A stretch of 64,000 nucleotides of DNA from an uncultured Acidobacteriota bacterium (GCA_963771195.1 CAVYSS010000020.1:43486-107485); one strand, 5' to 3'. Positions 1 to 8,664 are shown, counted from the stretch's first letter. The notes: generated from the letters alone by a model not told the origin. Numbers and translations: made by a program.

Positions 1-227
1 CTCGCCAAGGCGACGGAACCGCGCCCTATGTGTCTGCGTATAAGCCGCATATGGATTGCGCGGGCACATTGACCTGGAACGTGGCCGGATTGGGCTGGCG
101 GAAGCCGGCGGAGCAGAAACCGGCTCTCGCCCCTTCCCGCCGCCCGGCCGGCCAGGTGTTCAATGCCGGAACGGGTCGCGAAGGGGTCGGCGCGGGGCGC
201 AGCGAAAGGCGCGGGGAGGTGAGACCG

Positions 228-818
228 TTGGACGTCGACTGGTCCCAGACCGTGCGCCGCTGCATGGACGGGGATTCCGGCGCCTGGGCGCAGCTTGTCC
301 GCGAGCATCACCGGAGGGTGTTCGGGCTGTGCTACCGGTTTACCGGGTCGTCCGCCGACGCCGAAGACCTTACCCAGGACGTATTCCTGAAAATCTATTC
401 GAACCTCGCCAGTTTCGACATGGGGCGGGGCAGCCTGCAGGTGTGGATCACGACCATGACCCGCAACCTGCTGGTGGATAATTTCCGCCGCACCAAGAAC
501 CAGCGGGCCACCAGCTCGCTCGACGACGGCTGGGATCAGGCAGAAGAATTGCGGCCGGTGGACCGGCTTGTGGGGCGGGAGCCTTCGCCCCACGAGATGG
601 CGGCGCGCAAAGAACTGGAGAAGATGGTGCAGGCTGCACTGGCGCACGTCTCTCCGGAACTGAGGGAAGCAGTGATTCTGAGGGACTTGCAGGATATGGA
701 CTACAAGGAGATCGCCCAGGTTCTGGGCATACCCGAAGGGACAGTTAAGTCCCGCATCAGCAGGGGAAGAGCGGAACTTGCGCGCCTGCTGGAACGTACT
801 AAACGGGAGGTGATGTAA
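228..818 (+). CDS. ECF-type RNA polymerase sigma factor (sigma-70 family, sigma-24/SigE-like)
   Basis: ORF 30..818. Region 2 (DLTQDVFLKIY, WITTMTRNLLVDNFRR) and region 4 HTH (DYKEIAQVLGIPEGTVKSRISRGRAEL) are present. Start placed at TTG 228, 9 nt after GGAGG (214-218). GTG 219 and ATG 264 are alternatives. The frame stays open to the left window edge. Confidence 0.9.
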   Translation: MDVDWSQTVRRCMDGDSGAWAQLVREHHRRVFGLCYRFTGSSADAEDLTQDVFLKIYSNLASFDMGRGSLQVWITTMTRNLLVDNFRRTKNQRATSSLDDGWDQAEELRPVDRLVGREPSPHEMAARKELEKMVQAALAHVSPELREAVILRDLQDMDYKEIAQVLGIPEGTVKSRISRGRAELARLLERTKREVM

Positions 819-1649
819 ATGGCCGAGCGCAGCAACATACCGGGTTCCCCCGCCTGCGGGCTGTGGGAGACGCTTTTGGCCGACGCCCTGGACGGGACGC
901 TTCGGACGGAGGACGAGAGCACGTTCTCCAGCCACATGGCTGGTTGCGCGGCGTGCACGGCCCTGTTTGAGGAAGCGCGGAGGGGACGGGAGTGGCTGGA
1001 TTTTTTATCCGCTGAGCCCGAACTGCCGGAGGGGCTGCTCGAAAAAATTCTGGCCCAGACGGGGCCGGGACAGGCAGCGGGCTACGGCCTGGTGCCCGAT
1101 ACCGGGACTTCGTCGATTGCCGGCGTGCCGCTGGCCCTCGTAACGCCGAAGTGGCAGAGGCCCGGGTTCCTTGGGGTCGTGCGCCGCTTTGCCGAGCCCC
1201 GGCTGATGATGACTGCGGCCATGGCATTTTTCTCGATAGCCCTGACCCTGAACCTGACCGGCGTGAAGCTGAGCCAGATCCGGATGTCGGACCTGAAGCC
1301 CACGGCGGTGCGGTCGTTTGTGCAGCGGCGCATCAGTATGGCTTCCACGCCGATTGTCCGCTACTACGACCATCTCCGGCTGGTGTACGAGGTGCAGGCC
1401 CGGGTGCGGGAGCTGAAGAAATCCACCGAGACCCAGGAGCAGCCGCAGCAGACGCAGCCCTCGGGAGAATCGCAGCAGAAAAATCATAAAGACGGGGGCT
1501 CGCGAGTAAGCCCGCCGCAACAGTCGGTCAGCCCGGCCGTGATCAACACTGATTTGCTTGAGTCGTCGCTATCACTTCACGATCAGCCAGCGCATTCCGG
1601 CTCCGCGAAGGAAGAGGAAGTGGAAGGGAGCACAGTATGGATTGCGTAA
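819..1649 (+). CDS. Zinc-finger (zf-HC2) anti-sigma factor, single-pass membrane protein
   Basis: ATG directly abuts the sigma stop codon. H-x3-C-x2-C motif (HMAGCAAC). One TM helix (MMTAAMAFFSIALTLNLTGV). Position matches classic sigma/anti-sigma pairing. Confidence 0.85.
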   Translation: MAERSNIPGSPACGLWETLLADALDGTLRTEDESTFSSHMAGCAACTALFEEARRGREWLDFLSAEPELPEGLLEKILAQTGPGQAAGYGLVPDTGTSSIAGVPLALVTPKWQRPGFLGVVRRFAEPRLMMTAAMAFFSIALTLNLTGVKLSQIRMSDLKPTAVRSFVQRRISMASTPIVRYYDHLRLVYEVQARVRELKKSTETQEQPQQTQPSGESQQKNHKDGGSRVSPPQQSVSPAVINTDLLESSLSLHDQPAHSGSAKEEEVEGSTVWIA

Positions 1650-2470
1650 ACCACAGCGGGGTAACTGCAACAGCCTTTTGCCAAAATTGCGGGCGAGGAC
1701 TGTGCGCGCAATGCGTGCGAACCGGGGCCAATGGGCAGATTCTGTGCCAGCCGTGCGCCACGGCCTGGCAGAGCGTACCCAACCCGTTCACCCCCTTTGC
1801 CACCCCGCCCCCGGGCGCACCCAACCCCTCGGCCGCAGCAGTGCTAGGCCTGATCCCAGGCGTAGGCGCCATGTACAATGGGCAGTTCTTCAAGGGGTTC
1901 ATCCACGTGGTGATCTTCGCGGTGCTGGTAAGCATCAGCTCGCATTACCCCATTTTCGGGCTGTTTATTGCGGCGTGGGTGCTGTACCAGTCGTTTGAGG
2001 CGTACCACACCGCGCGGGCGCGCCGCGACGGCACCCCGATTCCCGATCCGCTGGGATTGAACGAGGTGGGCAACTGGCTGAACCTGGGCGCCAAACCTCA
2101 CGATCCCTCGCAGGGCGTGGGACCGGGCCCTGCGCCGGGAGCTGGCACCGGAACTGCCTCTGGCGGCTACCAGCCGCCCTACCAGCCGCCGGGGCAGCCG
2201 GGATTCCAAACGCCGCCATGGACGCCGGTGGGCGGCCCGGTGGATCCGAATATGCCGCCATCGCTGCCGCCGGTGCCGCCTGTCTACTGGCGGCGCAAGG
2301 AGCCCATCGGCGCCATCGTCCTCATTGGCCTGGGCATCATGTTCCTGCTGGGCCAGCTTGACATCTTCAACGGGCGGTTCTGGGACTTCATGTGGCCGCT
2401 ATTTCTGATCGGCCTGGGTCTGTGGCTTATGCTCAACCGGATTGGACCCAGGCACGGAGGTCCAAAATGA
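1637..2470 (+). CDS. B-box-type zinc-finger membrane protein with Pro-rich linker and LiaF-like C-terminal TM pair
   Basis: N-terminus CQNCGRGLCAQCV...LCQPC (paired CxxC). TM segments present. PPYQPPGQPGFQTPPW linker. C-terminal IGAIVLIGLGIMFLLGQLD...WPLFLIGLGLWLML. Overlaps the upstream gene by 13 nt. Confidence 0.75.
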   Translation: MDCVNHSGVTATAFCQNCGRGLCAQCVRTGANGQILCQPCATAWQSVPNPFTPFATPPPGAPNPSAAAVLGLIPGVGAMYNGQFFKGFIHVVIFAVLVSISSHYPIFGLFIAAWVLYQSFEAYHTARARRDGTPIPDPLGLNEVGNWLNLGAKPHDPSQGVGPGPAPGAGTGTASGGYQPPYQPPGQPGFQTPPWTPVGGPVDPNMPPSLPPVPPVYWRRKEPIGAIVLIGLGIMFLLGQLDIFNGRFWDFMWPLFLIGLGLWLMLNRIGPRHGGPK

Positions 2471-2802
2471 ATCGCTATATCCTCATTCGACGCTTGCGGG
2501 GACCTGCGTTCCTGCTGCTGGTAGGCGTGATCGCGTTGCTCAACCAAACGGACATCCTGACCTGGGGCCACGCGTGGCCGCTGTTCCTCATCCTGGCCGG
2601 GGCGCTGCTGCTGGCCGAACGCGCCGCGCTGGCCGGCGAAGACTATTCGCCGTATCCGCATCCGTGCGGCGGGGTGATCCCGCCTGACCCGCAACAGCAG
2701 ACCGGAACCGGCGCCGCCCCGGGCGCTTCCGCGGCCAATCCCGGCACCTCGATCGTGCCGGCAGATGCTGACGACTTCATCAATCGCGGAGGGCAATCAT
2801 GA
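2467..2802 (+). CDS. Small membrane protein with LiaI/LiaF-like TM hairpin
   Basis: ATGA start/stop overlap with the upstream gene (ATG 2467). FLLLVGVIALLNQTDILTWGHAWPLFLILAGALLLAER is paralogous to TM hairpins in both neighbouring genes. Confidence 0.7.
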   Translation: MNRYILIRRLRGPAFLLLVGVIALLNQTDILTWGHAWPLFLILAGALLLAERAALAGEDYSPYPHPCGGVIPPDPQQQTGTGAAPGASAANPGTSIVPADADDFINRGGQS

Positions 2803-4421
2803 GCAGCGTACCTCCAAATACTCCTCCGGGCGGCGTACCGCCCTACGATCCGCATACGCAATGGCGGATTTACCGCGAACAGCAGCGCGCCGCGTGGCGG
2901 GCGCAACGGGATCAGTGGAAGGCGCAGCGGCATGCCTGGAAAGCCGGCATGGTCGGCGCCTACGTTCCGCGGGTGCCATCCATCGTGGGCCCGATCATCC
3001 TGATCGCGGTCGGGATCATCGCCTTGCTGATTTACGCGGGCCGGATCGATGCCAGCAGCTTTTGGGACTGGTACGGGAAATGGTGGCCGCTTCTGCTCAT
3101 CGTGGCCGGTCTGGCCATGCTGGGGGAGTGGGCGGTCGACATCAAGCGCACCACGCCGGTGCGGCGCGGCGGAAACTTTGTGGGCCTGCTGATCCTGCTG
3201 GCTGTCATCGGGGTGTTTGCCGCCTTTGCGCACCACAACTGGGACTGGATGCGCAGCGGGTTTGGCGATAACGACGATTTCTGGAACTCGCTGGGGCGGC
3301 CGCAGCATGATCTGGACCAGACTGTGCTGAATACGCAGATCCCCCCCAACGGAGTGGTGAATATCGACGACCCGCGCGGCGACCTGAGCATTACCGCGGC
3401 CGACGGACAGAACGTGCAGGTGCAGGCGCACGAGATTGCGTTCGCAGACTCGGATGACAAGGCCAGGAAGATCTTCGACGCCGAGGCCGCGCACGTGACG
3501 GTGAGCGGAAACACGGTGCTGGTGAAGTCGGCCGGGCACACCGACGGGCGAGTGAATCTAACGGTGATCGTGCCCAGGTCTGCGCTGGTGACGGTGAACG
3601 CGGGCCACGGCGACGTGACTGCGGCCGGGCTGGGCAACGGCGCCAACCTTACCGCGGAACACGGCGACATCCACATGAACACCATCACCGGATCGGTGCA
3701 GGTGCACTTCTCGACCGACAAGGGCGATTTCTCCGCCCACCAGGTGACCGGCGACATCACCGCGGACGGCCGCTGCAACGATCTGACCCTCTCCGAAGTG
3801 AAAGGCAGGGTCGCCCTGAACGGCGATATCTTCGGCGAAGTCCACATGGAGAACCTCTCCGGACCGGTACATCTGCACACCTCGGTCACCGACCTCGAAT
3901 TCGGGTCCCTGCCCGGCGACATGACCATGGACCAGGAAGACCTGCGGGTGACCGAAGCCAAGGGCAATGTGCGCGTGACCACTCACTCAAAGAACGTGGA
4001 CCTGACCCAGATTTACGGCGACACCTACGTTGAAGATCGCGACGCGGACATCTCCATTGCGCCGGCGGGACCGTACAGCGTGCAGGCGACGAGCTCCAGC
4101 GGCCAGGGAAACCTCTCCATCACGCTGCCGCCCAACGCCTCGGCGACCATTGACGGGCGCACCCACAACGGCGACATCGTCTCCGACTATCCGCTGGACA
4201 TTACCGGCGACGAAAGCAAGACGGTGACGGGACGCGTGGGTGGCGGCGCAGCCAAGATCGTGGTGAGCACGCAGGTGGGAGACGTGCGCATCACCAAGGG
4301 GACGGGATTCGCGGACCAGGCGGAAGCGCCGGAAAAGCCGGAAAGGCCGGAAAAACCGGAAGCGCCGAATGCGAAGCATCTGAAAGCGCCCGCGAAGCCG
4401 CCGGTGGCGGTGACGCAGTAA
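2799..4421 (+). CDS. Membrane-anchored DUF4097-like (putative adhesin/beta-helix) protein, LiaF-like N-terminus
   Basis: ATGA overlap with the upstream gene. N-terminal TM hairpins (IILIAVGIIALLIYAG, WWPLLLIVAGLAMLGEW). Long run of repeated GD[IV]x[VLI] beta-strand units (HGDVTAAG, HGDIHMNT, KGDFSAHQ, TGDITADG). C-terminal PEKPERPEKPEAP tail. Confidence 0.8.
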   Translation: MSSVPPNTPPGGVPPYDPHTQWRIYREQQRAAWRAQRDQWKAQRHAWKAGMVGAYVPRVPSIVGPIILIAVGIIALLIYAGRIDASSFWDWYGKWWPLLLIVAGLAMLGEWAVDIKRTTPVRRGGNFVGLLILLAVIGVFAAFAHHNWDWMRSGFGDNDDFWNSLGRPQHDLDQTVLNTQIPPNGVVNIDDPRGDLSITAADGQNVQVQAHEIAFADSDDKARKIFDAEAAHVTVSGNTVLVKSAGHTDGRVNLTVIVPRSALVTVNAGHGDVTAAGLGNGANLTAEHGDIHMNTITGSVQVHFSTDKGDFSAHQVTGDITADGRCNDLTLSEVKGRVALNGDIFGEVHMENLSGPVHLHTSVTDLEFGSLPGDMTMDQEDLRVTEAKGNVRVTTHSKNVDLTQIYGDTYVEDRDADISIAPAGPYSVQATSSSGQGNLSITLPPNASATIDGRTHNGDIVSDYPLDITGDESKTVTGRVGGGAAKIVVSTQVGDVRITKGTGFADQAEAPEKPERPEKPEAPNAKHLKAPAKPPVAVTQ

Positions 4422-4597
4422 AGCAGGGAACAGGGGACCGAGGGACTAAGGGACTAAGGGAACAAACAGCGAGGGCGCGGATTAAGGTCCGCGCCCTTGC
4501 TGTTGGAACTTGGACGGGTTTCAGGAATCAGGGTTGAGAATCGCTGAAATCGAATTCACGCGGCGATTTTGTAGGAGGAGTAACTTCCGGTTTGGCC
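4415..4597. repeat. Direct repeat copy A (about 170-180 bp; includes the stop region of the upstream gene, a hairpin and a conserved tail)
   Basis: Shares GCAGTAAAGCAGGGAAC, then GGCGCGGATTAAGGTCCGCGCCCTTGCTGT, GGAACTTGG.GGGTTTCAG.AATC, AAATCGAATTC and GG.TTGGCCA with 5405..5573, in the same order and orientation. Confidence 0.85.
4472..4505 (+). terminator. Intrinsic-terminator-like hairpin after the sigma operon (inside repeat copy A)
   Basis: 10-bp perfect stem AGGGCGCGGA (4472-4481) / TCCGCGCCCT (4488-4497), 6-nt loop, followed by the T-containing TGCTGTTGG. Confidence 0.55.
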
Positions 4598-4713
4598 AGA
4601 ATTGCCGACAATCCGTGCGCAAAACCGGTTGTACTCGAACAAGAGGTGGGGTAGAGTTGCTGGATTGGTCCGCCTTTAAGGTCCGTCCTACTCTTGTTGC
4701 GAGGAGGCACCTC

Positions 4714-5298
4714 ATGCGAATTGGCCGCCTGACAATTCCGGTTTGCGCGCTCGTGGTGTGCGGAGGCGCCGCCGCGCCGCCAGTTCAAATGTCGCAGGCG
4801 GCGAATGCCCCAAAAGCAACTCCTCTGATCCTCGAAAAGAACGAAGGTGAGCGTCGAGTCGTAAGAGGTTGGCCTGGACACCCGGAACCGGGAGAAACCT
4901 TCATCTTGAAAGTTGATCCCAAGAATGGCGGCTCCTCGCATTTGGTTTTCTTGACCGCGGACATCCGCAGGGGAGGGGGCATCCCTGCCCACAGGCACCC
5001 CGGTGCAGACGAAATTCTATATCTGGAGACCGGAATCGCCAGGGTCCATTTGGGTAACTCCGTGAGAGTCGTGCATGGCGGATCGACCGTGTTCATTCCT
5101 GCAAATACGTGGATTTCCGTCGACAACATTGGTAGCGACCCCATCAGGGCGGTAGCCGTCTTTTCTGCGCCGGGCTTTGAGGACTTCATGCGGGCAACGT
5201 CCGTTCGCGAGGGGGAGAAAAACGTCCCAATGACGAAAGCCGAGAACGATGCAGCTGAGAAGGAACATTCACACGCGGTGATTTACAAGGAACCCTAG
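4714..5298 (+). CDS. Secreted cupin-domain protein
   Basis: ATG 4714 preceded by GAGGAGG (4701-4707). Signal-peptide-like MRIGRLTIPVCALVVCGGAAA. Cupin motif 1 HRHPGADEILYLETG and motif 2 GGSTVFIPANTWISVDN. Confidence 0.85.
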   Translation: MRIGRLTIPVCALVVCGGAAAPPVQMSQAANAPKATPLILEKNEGERRVVRGWPGHPEPGETFILKVDPKNGGSSHLVFLTADIRRGGGIPAHRHPGADEILYLETGIARVHLGNSVRVVHGGSTVFIPANTWISVDNIGSDPIRAVAVFSAPGFEDFMRATSVREGEKNVPMTKAENDAAEKEHSHAVIYKEP

Positions 5299-5404
5299 AT
5301 TCGCTCCGCGTAGACTCGAAGTGAATTCCGTGCGCTCACTTTCCGCCGATTTCGGGTGGATGACCGCCGATGCGGGAAGTTACGAAGAACAACCGCAGAT
5401 CGGC

Positions 5405-5573
5405 GCAGTAAAGCAGGGAACACGGAACAGGGAACAGAAAGACAGAGGCGCGGATTAAGGTCCGCGCCCTTGCTGTGGGAACTTGGCTGGGTTTCAGAAA
5501 TCCGGGCTGACAATCGCCAAAATCGAATTCGCTGGGGCGATATTGTCAGAGGAGCAACTTATGGGTTGGCCAC
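5405..5573. repeat. Direct repeat copy B
   Basis: See copy A. Similarity ends abruptly after TTGGCCA (5567-5573), where the IS110-associated sequence begins. Confidence 0.85.
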
Positions 5574-7100
5574 ATCCATGTAAGTCAAAGTCAAGAGAAA
5601 AGCGCAGATGTTCGTGGCGCGCTCAGGAGAGCGCGCATTGATCGAATCAGGATGCACCGTCACGCATGGTTGGCCTCTCGGCCGTTGATTCTGCTCTCGA
5701 GCAGAACCAGACATCCATTTGCGGCCTCGAGCTCGAAGAGCCGTCGCCGAAGATTGAGTTTGTGTTCTCTGCCAGTCCCGAAACAATTCGTGGTGAGCCT
5801 CCGGAGTTTGATCTCCTTCGCACAGTGGCCAATCTGCAGGACCTGGCAGTCTGCGTGCGGAATGATCCTGATGTTGTTCCATTTTTAGGCAGGTTTTTAG
5901 GCTGCCGATGTGCCTGCGAACTTTTCGCCAGGCACGAAATCCTGTTTTCTGCGTTCTACCGCGAGGATCCAGCGGACCAGCTTTCTTGCCACCGCCAGCG
6001 TGGCTCGGTTGCGATTGCCCTTTTGCATCTCCTTTTCGTGGAGCATCGCCAGTTCGTGGCACAGCCTGGGCGCCAGCTTCGCAGCTTCGACCAGCACGTG
6101 CTGAATATGCTTATTGCGCTGCTTGGAAATGGGCATCCGCATCACCTTGTCAGCCGAACTTCTCTCTGCTCCGCACAGTCCGCAGTAACTAATCGCCTGC
6201 TTGATCGATCCGAACCGGGAGACATCGCCGATCTCCAATGCCCACGTTAGCGCAGTGATCGAGCCGACTCCGGGAACCGTTCTCAACCGCCTCAGTCTCT
6301 CTGCCAGAAGCGGGTCCCGCTCCAGCGAACTGACCAGGGCATAGTCGAGCTTCTGCGCACGAACGATGTGTTCGCGGCTCAGCTTGAGAAGCGGACGGAT
6401 ACTGGCGTCGATCTCGTCGTTGCCGGACATCAACTCGGCAAAATACCCCACCTTATGCAGCCGCCGTTTTGTATGAGTCACGCCTTTTTCCATCAGCAGC
6501 CCCGATACACGGTTCTTCATCTGTACCATCTGCTTGACCAGCAGACCGCGATAGCGCAGTGTGCGCCGGCGGTCCCGGATCTCTGTCGAAGCCATGTGGC
6601 ACTCCGGAAGAAAGTCGCAGCGCAGGCAGTCGGCGATCTTGCTGGCATCGATGCGGTCGTTCTTCCGCTTGGCTGCCGCGATGGCCCGCAGCATCAGCGG
6701 GTGAGCCACCTTCACTGTCTCTGCGTGAGGAAGCAGGTGATCGTAAATCCAGCCCGTGAAGATCGTCGCTTCCATGGCAATCATCCGGGGTTGGGGAAGC
6801 GTCCCCACCCAGGCGTCCAACTCCCGCCGCGTGGATCCCACCTTCCCTTCCATGTGCACACAACCAGCCGCGTCCTTCACGCAATAGCTGATCGTCCTCT
6901 TGTGAACATCCAGTCCGATGTAATACATAGTCTCTGAGGAGCCTCCGAGGTCGTTCTCTGAATCAGCCTTACCGCTGAGTTCAGCCTTTTGCAACACCTC
7001 GCGCTCCTCTATGACTTAGCATTCAAACAATCCGCTCGCTACGAAGATTTTGATCCTTCACTTAGTCGATAGGACGTTAATTATGTGCACGATGCAGAAA
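5574..7100 (-). mobile_element. IS110-family insertion sequence (ends approximate)
   Basis: Carries the DEDD-type transposase gene. The left boundary is inferred from the point where repeat copy B stops matching copy A. The right boundary is not determinable from sequence, since IS110 elements lack conspicuous terminal IRs. Confidence 0.5.
5897..6928 (-). CDS. IS110-family transposase (DEDD/RuvC-like N-domain plus Transposase_20-like C-domain)
   Basis: MYYIGLDVHKRTISYCV start typical of IS110 transposases. C-terminal VPGVGSITALTWALEIGDVSRFGSIKQAISYCGL motif. The ATG at 6928 was chosen over the upstream in-frame ATG at 6997. Confidence 0.92.
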   Translation of the reverse strand: MYYIGLDVHKRTISYCVKDAAGCVHMEGKVGSTRRELDAWVGTLPQPRMIAMEATIFTGWIYDHLLPHAETVKVAHPLMLRAIAAAKRKNDRIDASKIADCLRCDFLPECHMASTEIRDRRRTLRYRGLLVKQMVQMKNRVSGLLMEKGVTHTKRRLHKVGYFAELMSGNDEIDASIRPLLKLSREHIVRAQKLDYALVSSLERDPLLAERLRRLRTVPGVGSITALTWALEIGDVSRFGSIKQAISYCGLCGAERSSADKVMRMPISKQRNKHIQHVLVEAAKLAPRLCHELAMLHEKEMQKGNRNRATLAVARKLVRWILAVERRKQDFVPGEKFAGTSAA

Positions 7101-7317
7101 GTGCTTCGATTCATGGAAGTCCGCACGAGACAAGTGCGCATCGCGAGTCTACAGGCCATCGATCCCCGTTTCATCGGCAAAGAACGTTGCCGGTGATCCA
7201 GGTGACCTGCATCTTGATCTTTCTTCGCCAATGAAATTTACCTCTGTTCATTGCGCCCGCAGTGCCCCTTGTGTTTTCATAAGCATCCGGCGATCCCCGG
7301 CCGAGGAGGAGAAACCT

Positions 7318-7917
7318 ATGAACTCGCGGTCGCTTTTGCTCGCAGCCCTATCGCTGCTGACCCCGTATCTCGCCTTTGGCACCAGCACCCCGATCCTTAC
7401 GCTGAACAGCGCCACGATCAACTACACCAACAATCAGGTCACGTTCAGCGGCGCCAGCTTTGAACCGTCGGGAAAGGCACCCACAGTGCTGTTTTCAGGC
7501 TCACCCCTGGCGATAGTCTCATTCACCAATACCCAGATCGTCGCCGCTCTGCCAACGAACACGAAAGCCGGGACATACTCAGTATGTGTTGCGAACAGCC
7601 TCGGCGAACTTCTCCCGTTCGCACTGACCTACGGCGCGACTGGTCCCCAGGGACCCATCGGACCTCAGGGGCCAGCGGGCGCAAAGGGCGCACCGGGTCC
7701 GCCAGGGCCGCGGGGGTTTCCGGGAGCGGCGGGTGCAACCGGATCCCAGGGGCCGACTGGGCCAGCGGGAAGCAACGGCGTGCTGAGCTGGCTGGTAGCC
7801 AGTCAGCCAAGCAAAGTTTCGTTGGACGGCCAGGGAACCTCAACGACAACGTTCAGCCTAAATGTGCCGAATGCCGGAACCTATTTCGTCGGTAGTGTCC
7901 TATCTCTGCGTTGCTGA
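7318..7917 (+). CDS. Secreted IPT/TIG-like plus collagen-like (GXY repeat) protein
   Basis: ATG 7318 after GAGGAGGAG. Signal peptide MNSRSLLLAALSLLTPYLAFG. Ig-like segment (TVLFSGSPLAIVSFTNTQIVAALP...GTYSVCV). 16 uninterrupted GXY triplets (GATGPQGPIGPQGPAGAKGAPGPPGPRGFPGAAGATGSQGPTGPAGSNG). Confidence 0.8.
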   Translation: MNSRSLLLAALSLLTPYLAFGTSTPILTLNSATINYTNNQVTFSGASFEPSGKAPTVLFSGSPLAIVSFTNTQIVAALPTNTKAGTYSVCVANSLGELLPFALTYGATGPQGPIGPQGPAGAKGAPGPPGPRGFPGAAGATGSQGPTGPAGSNGVLSWLVASQPSKVSLDGQGTSTTTFSLNVPNAGTYFVGSVLSLRC

Positions 7918-8024
7918 GAATTTCTTAATGATCGCTGGAACCTTGCGGCAAACAAGATGCCTCCACTATCATCTCGCGGAGGGCGAAAGGACAATGGAGG
8001 CAGACTGGGAAAAGGAATTGGGGC

Positions 8025-8288
8025 TTAGTTCACGGTTCCAGCCGACGACGCTTTGCCCAACGACACCTGTTTCGGTATCGGGAGCAAGCCAAGTTGTGTC
8101 AGTAGAGCGCACGTCGCTTGTGCCTGTCCTTGAAACTTCCACTGGCAGTTTTGGAACTGACACTGTTCCCAAAGGTAAGGACCGCCCGCATAGAATAACG
8201 TGCATTCCACCAGCGTGCAGTTGACGAACCAGCATTCTTCAAGCTGGAACACTTTGTTCGTGAGCGCTTGATTCTCATACTTCGTCAT
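8025..8288 (-). CDS. Hypothetical Cys/Gln-rich small protein
   Basis: ORF 8025..8417 trimmed to MTKYENQ. Repetitive CxL/NC pattern (ECWFVNCTLVECTLF...QCQFQNCQWKFQG). No clear SD. AT-rich island context. Confidence 0.3.
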   Translation of the reverse strand: MTKYENQALTNKVFQLEECWFVNCTLVECTLFYAGGPYLWEQCQFQNCQWKFQGQAQATCALLTQLGLLPIPKQVSLGKASSAGTVN

Positions 8289-8664
8289 AGGAAATTGGCT
8301 TCTCCATGTGGCAGATACGGTTGAAGATTCCGACCCTTCTTTTGGCAGGGAGATGCCTGAGACGGGACCGGGGCCACCCTGTGCCCTGTTGAGCGCAGGG
8401 ATTCCCTTAAGGCGCAAGGGAAACTTTTCGCTTGACGAAGGGATTGGCAGCGATTACGCTGAGGATGGTTAGCAATCCCGCCGTCAGGCGCAAAAAATCG
8501 GATTTTGCGAATTCCCGCCCTGCCAGGCGGGATTTTGCTGCTCAAAAACTCCTATGCTGCATCTTTCATTTTGCCGTTTTTGAGTCGCAGATGCAAGGCT
8601 AATCTATATGTTGACTATCTTGGTTCCTTACACACTACTAATTGGGCTGCTGTTTAGATGACTC

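Noticed and set aside
168-190. GGAAC ... GTC as an autoregulated ECF promoter
   Set aside because: Spacing between the putative -35 and -10 elements (13 nt) does not fit ECF promoters. The real promoter may lie beyond the left edge.
30-227. N-terminal 66-aa extension of the sigma-factor ORF (frame open to the window edge)
   Set aside because: The extension (..GTLTWNVAGLGWRKPAEQKPALAPSRRPAG..) is not protein-like and precedes sigma region 2. A GGAGG plus TTG/GTG start at 219-228 fits much better.
4441-4462. Tandem GGGACTAAG units, and the PEKPE-coding CCGGAAAAGCCGGAAAGGCCGGAAAAACCGGAAGCGCCG repeat (4327-4366), considered as a possible CRISPR or VNTR
   Set aside because: There are only about 2-3 short units with no spacer architecture. 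The second repeat is simply a coding low-complexity tail.
4415-5573. Direct repeats as integron attC sites (gene cassette)
   Set aside because: No integron integrase is nearby. I could not find the GTTRRRY-type core sites, since GTTGGAA and GTTGAGA fail at the last position. The repeats also include the duplicated end of the upstream gene, which does not fit attC structure.
5666-6250. 194-aa plus-strand ORF
   Set aside because: It mostly overlaps the IS110 transposase gene in antisense and has no independent support.
8516-8545. CCCGCC-CTGCCA-GGCGGG hairpin with a nearby T/A tract as a terminator
   Set aside because: It lies about 130 nt from the nearest gene end (the IS1-like transposase) and has no clear T-run in the correct orientation. 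This is too weak to list as a feature.
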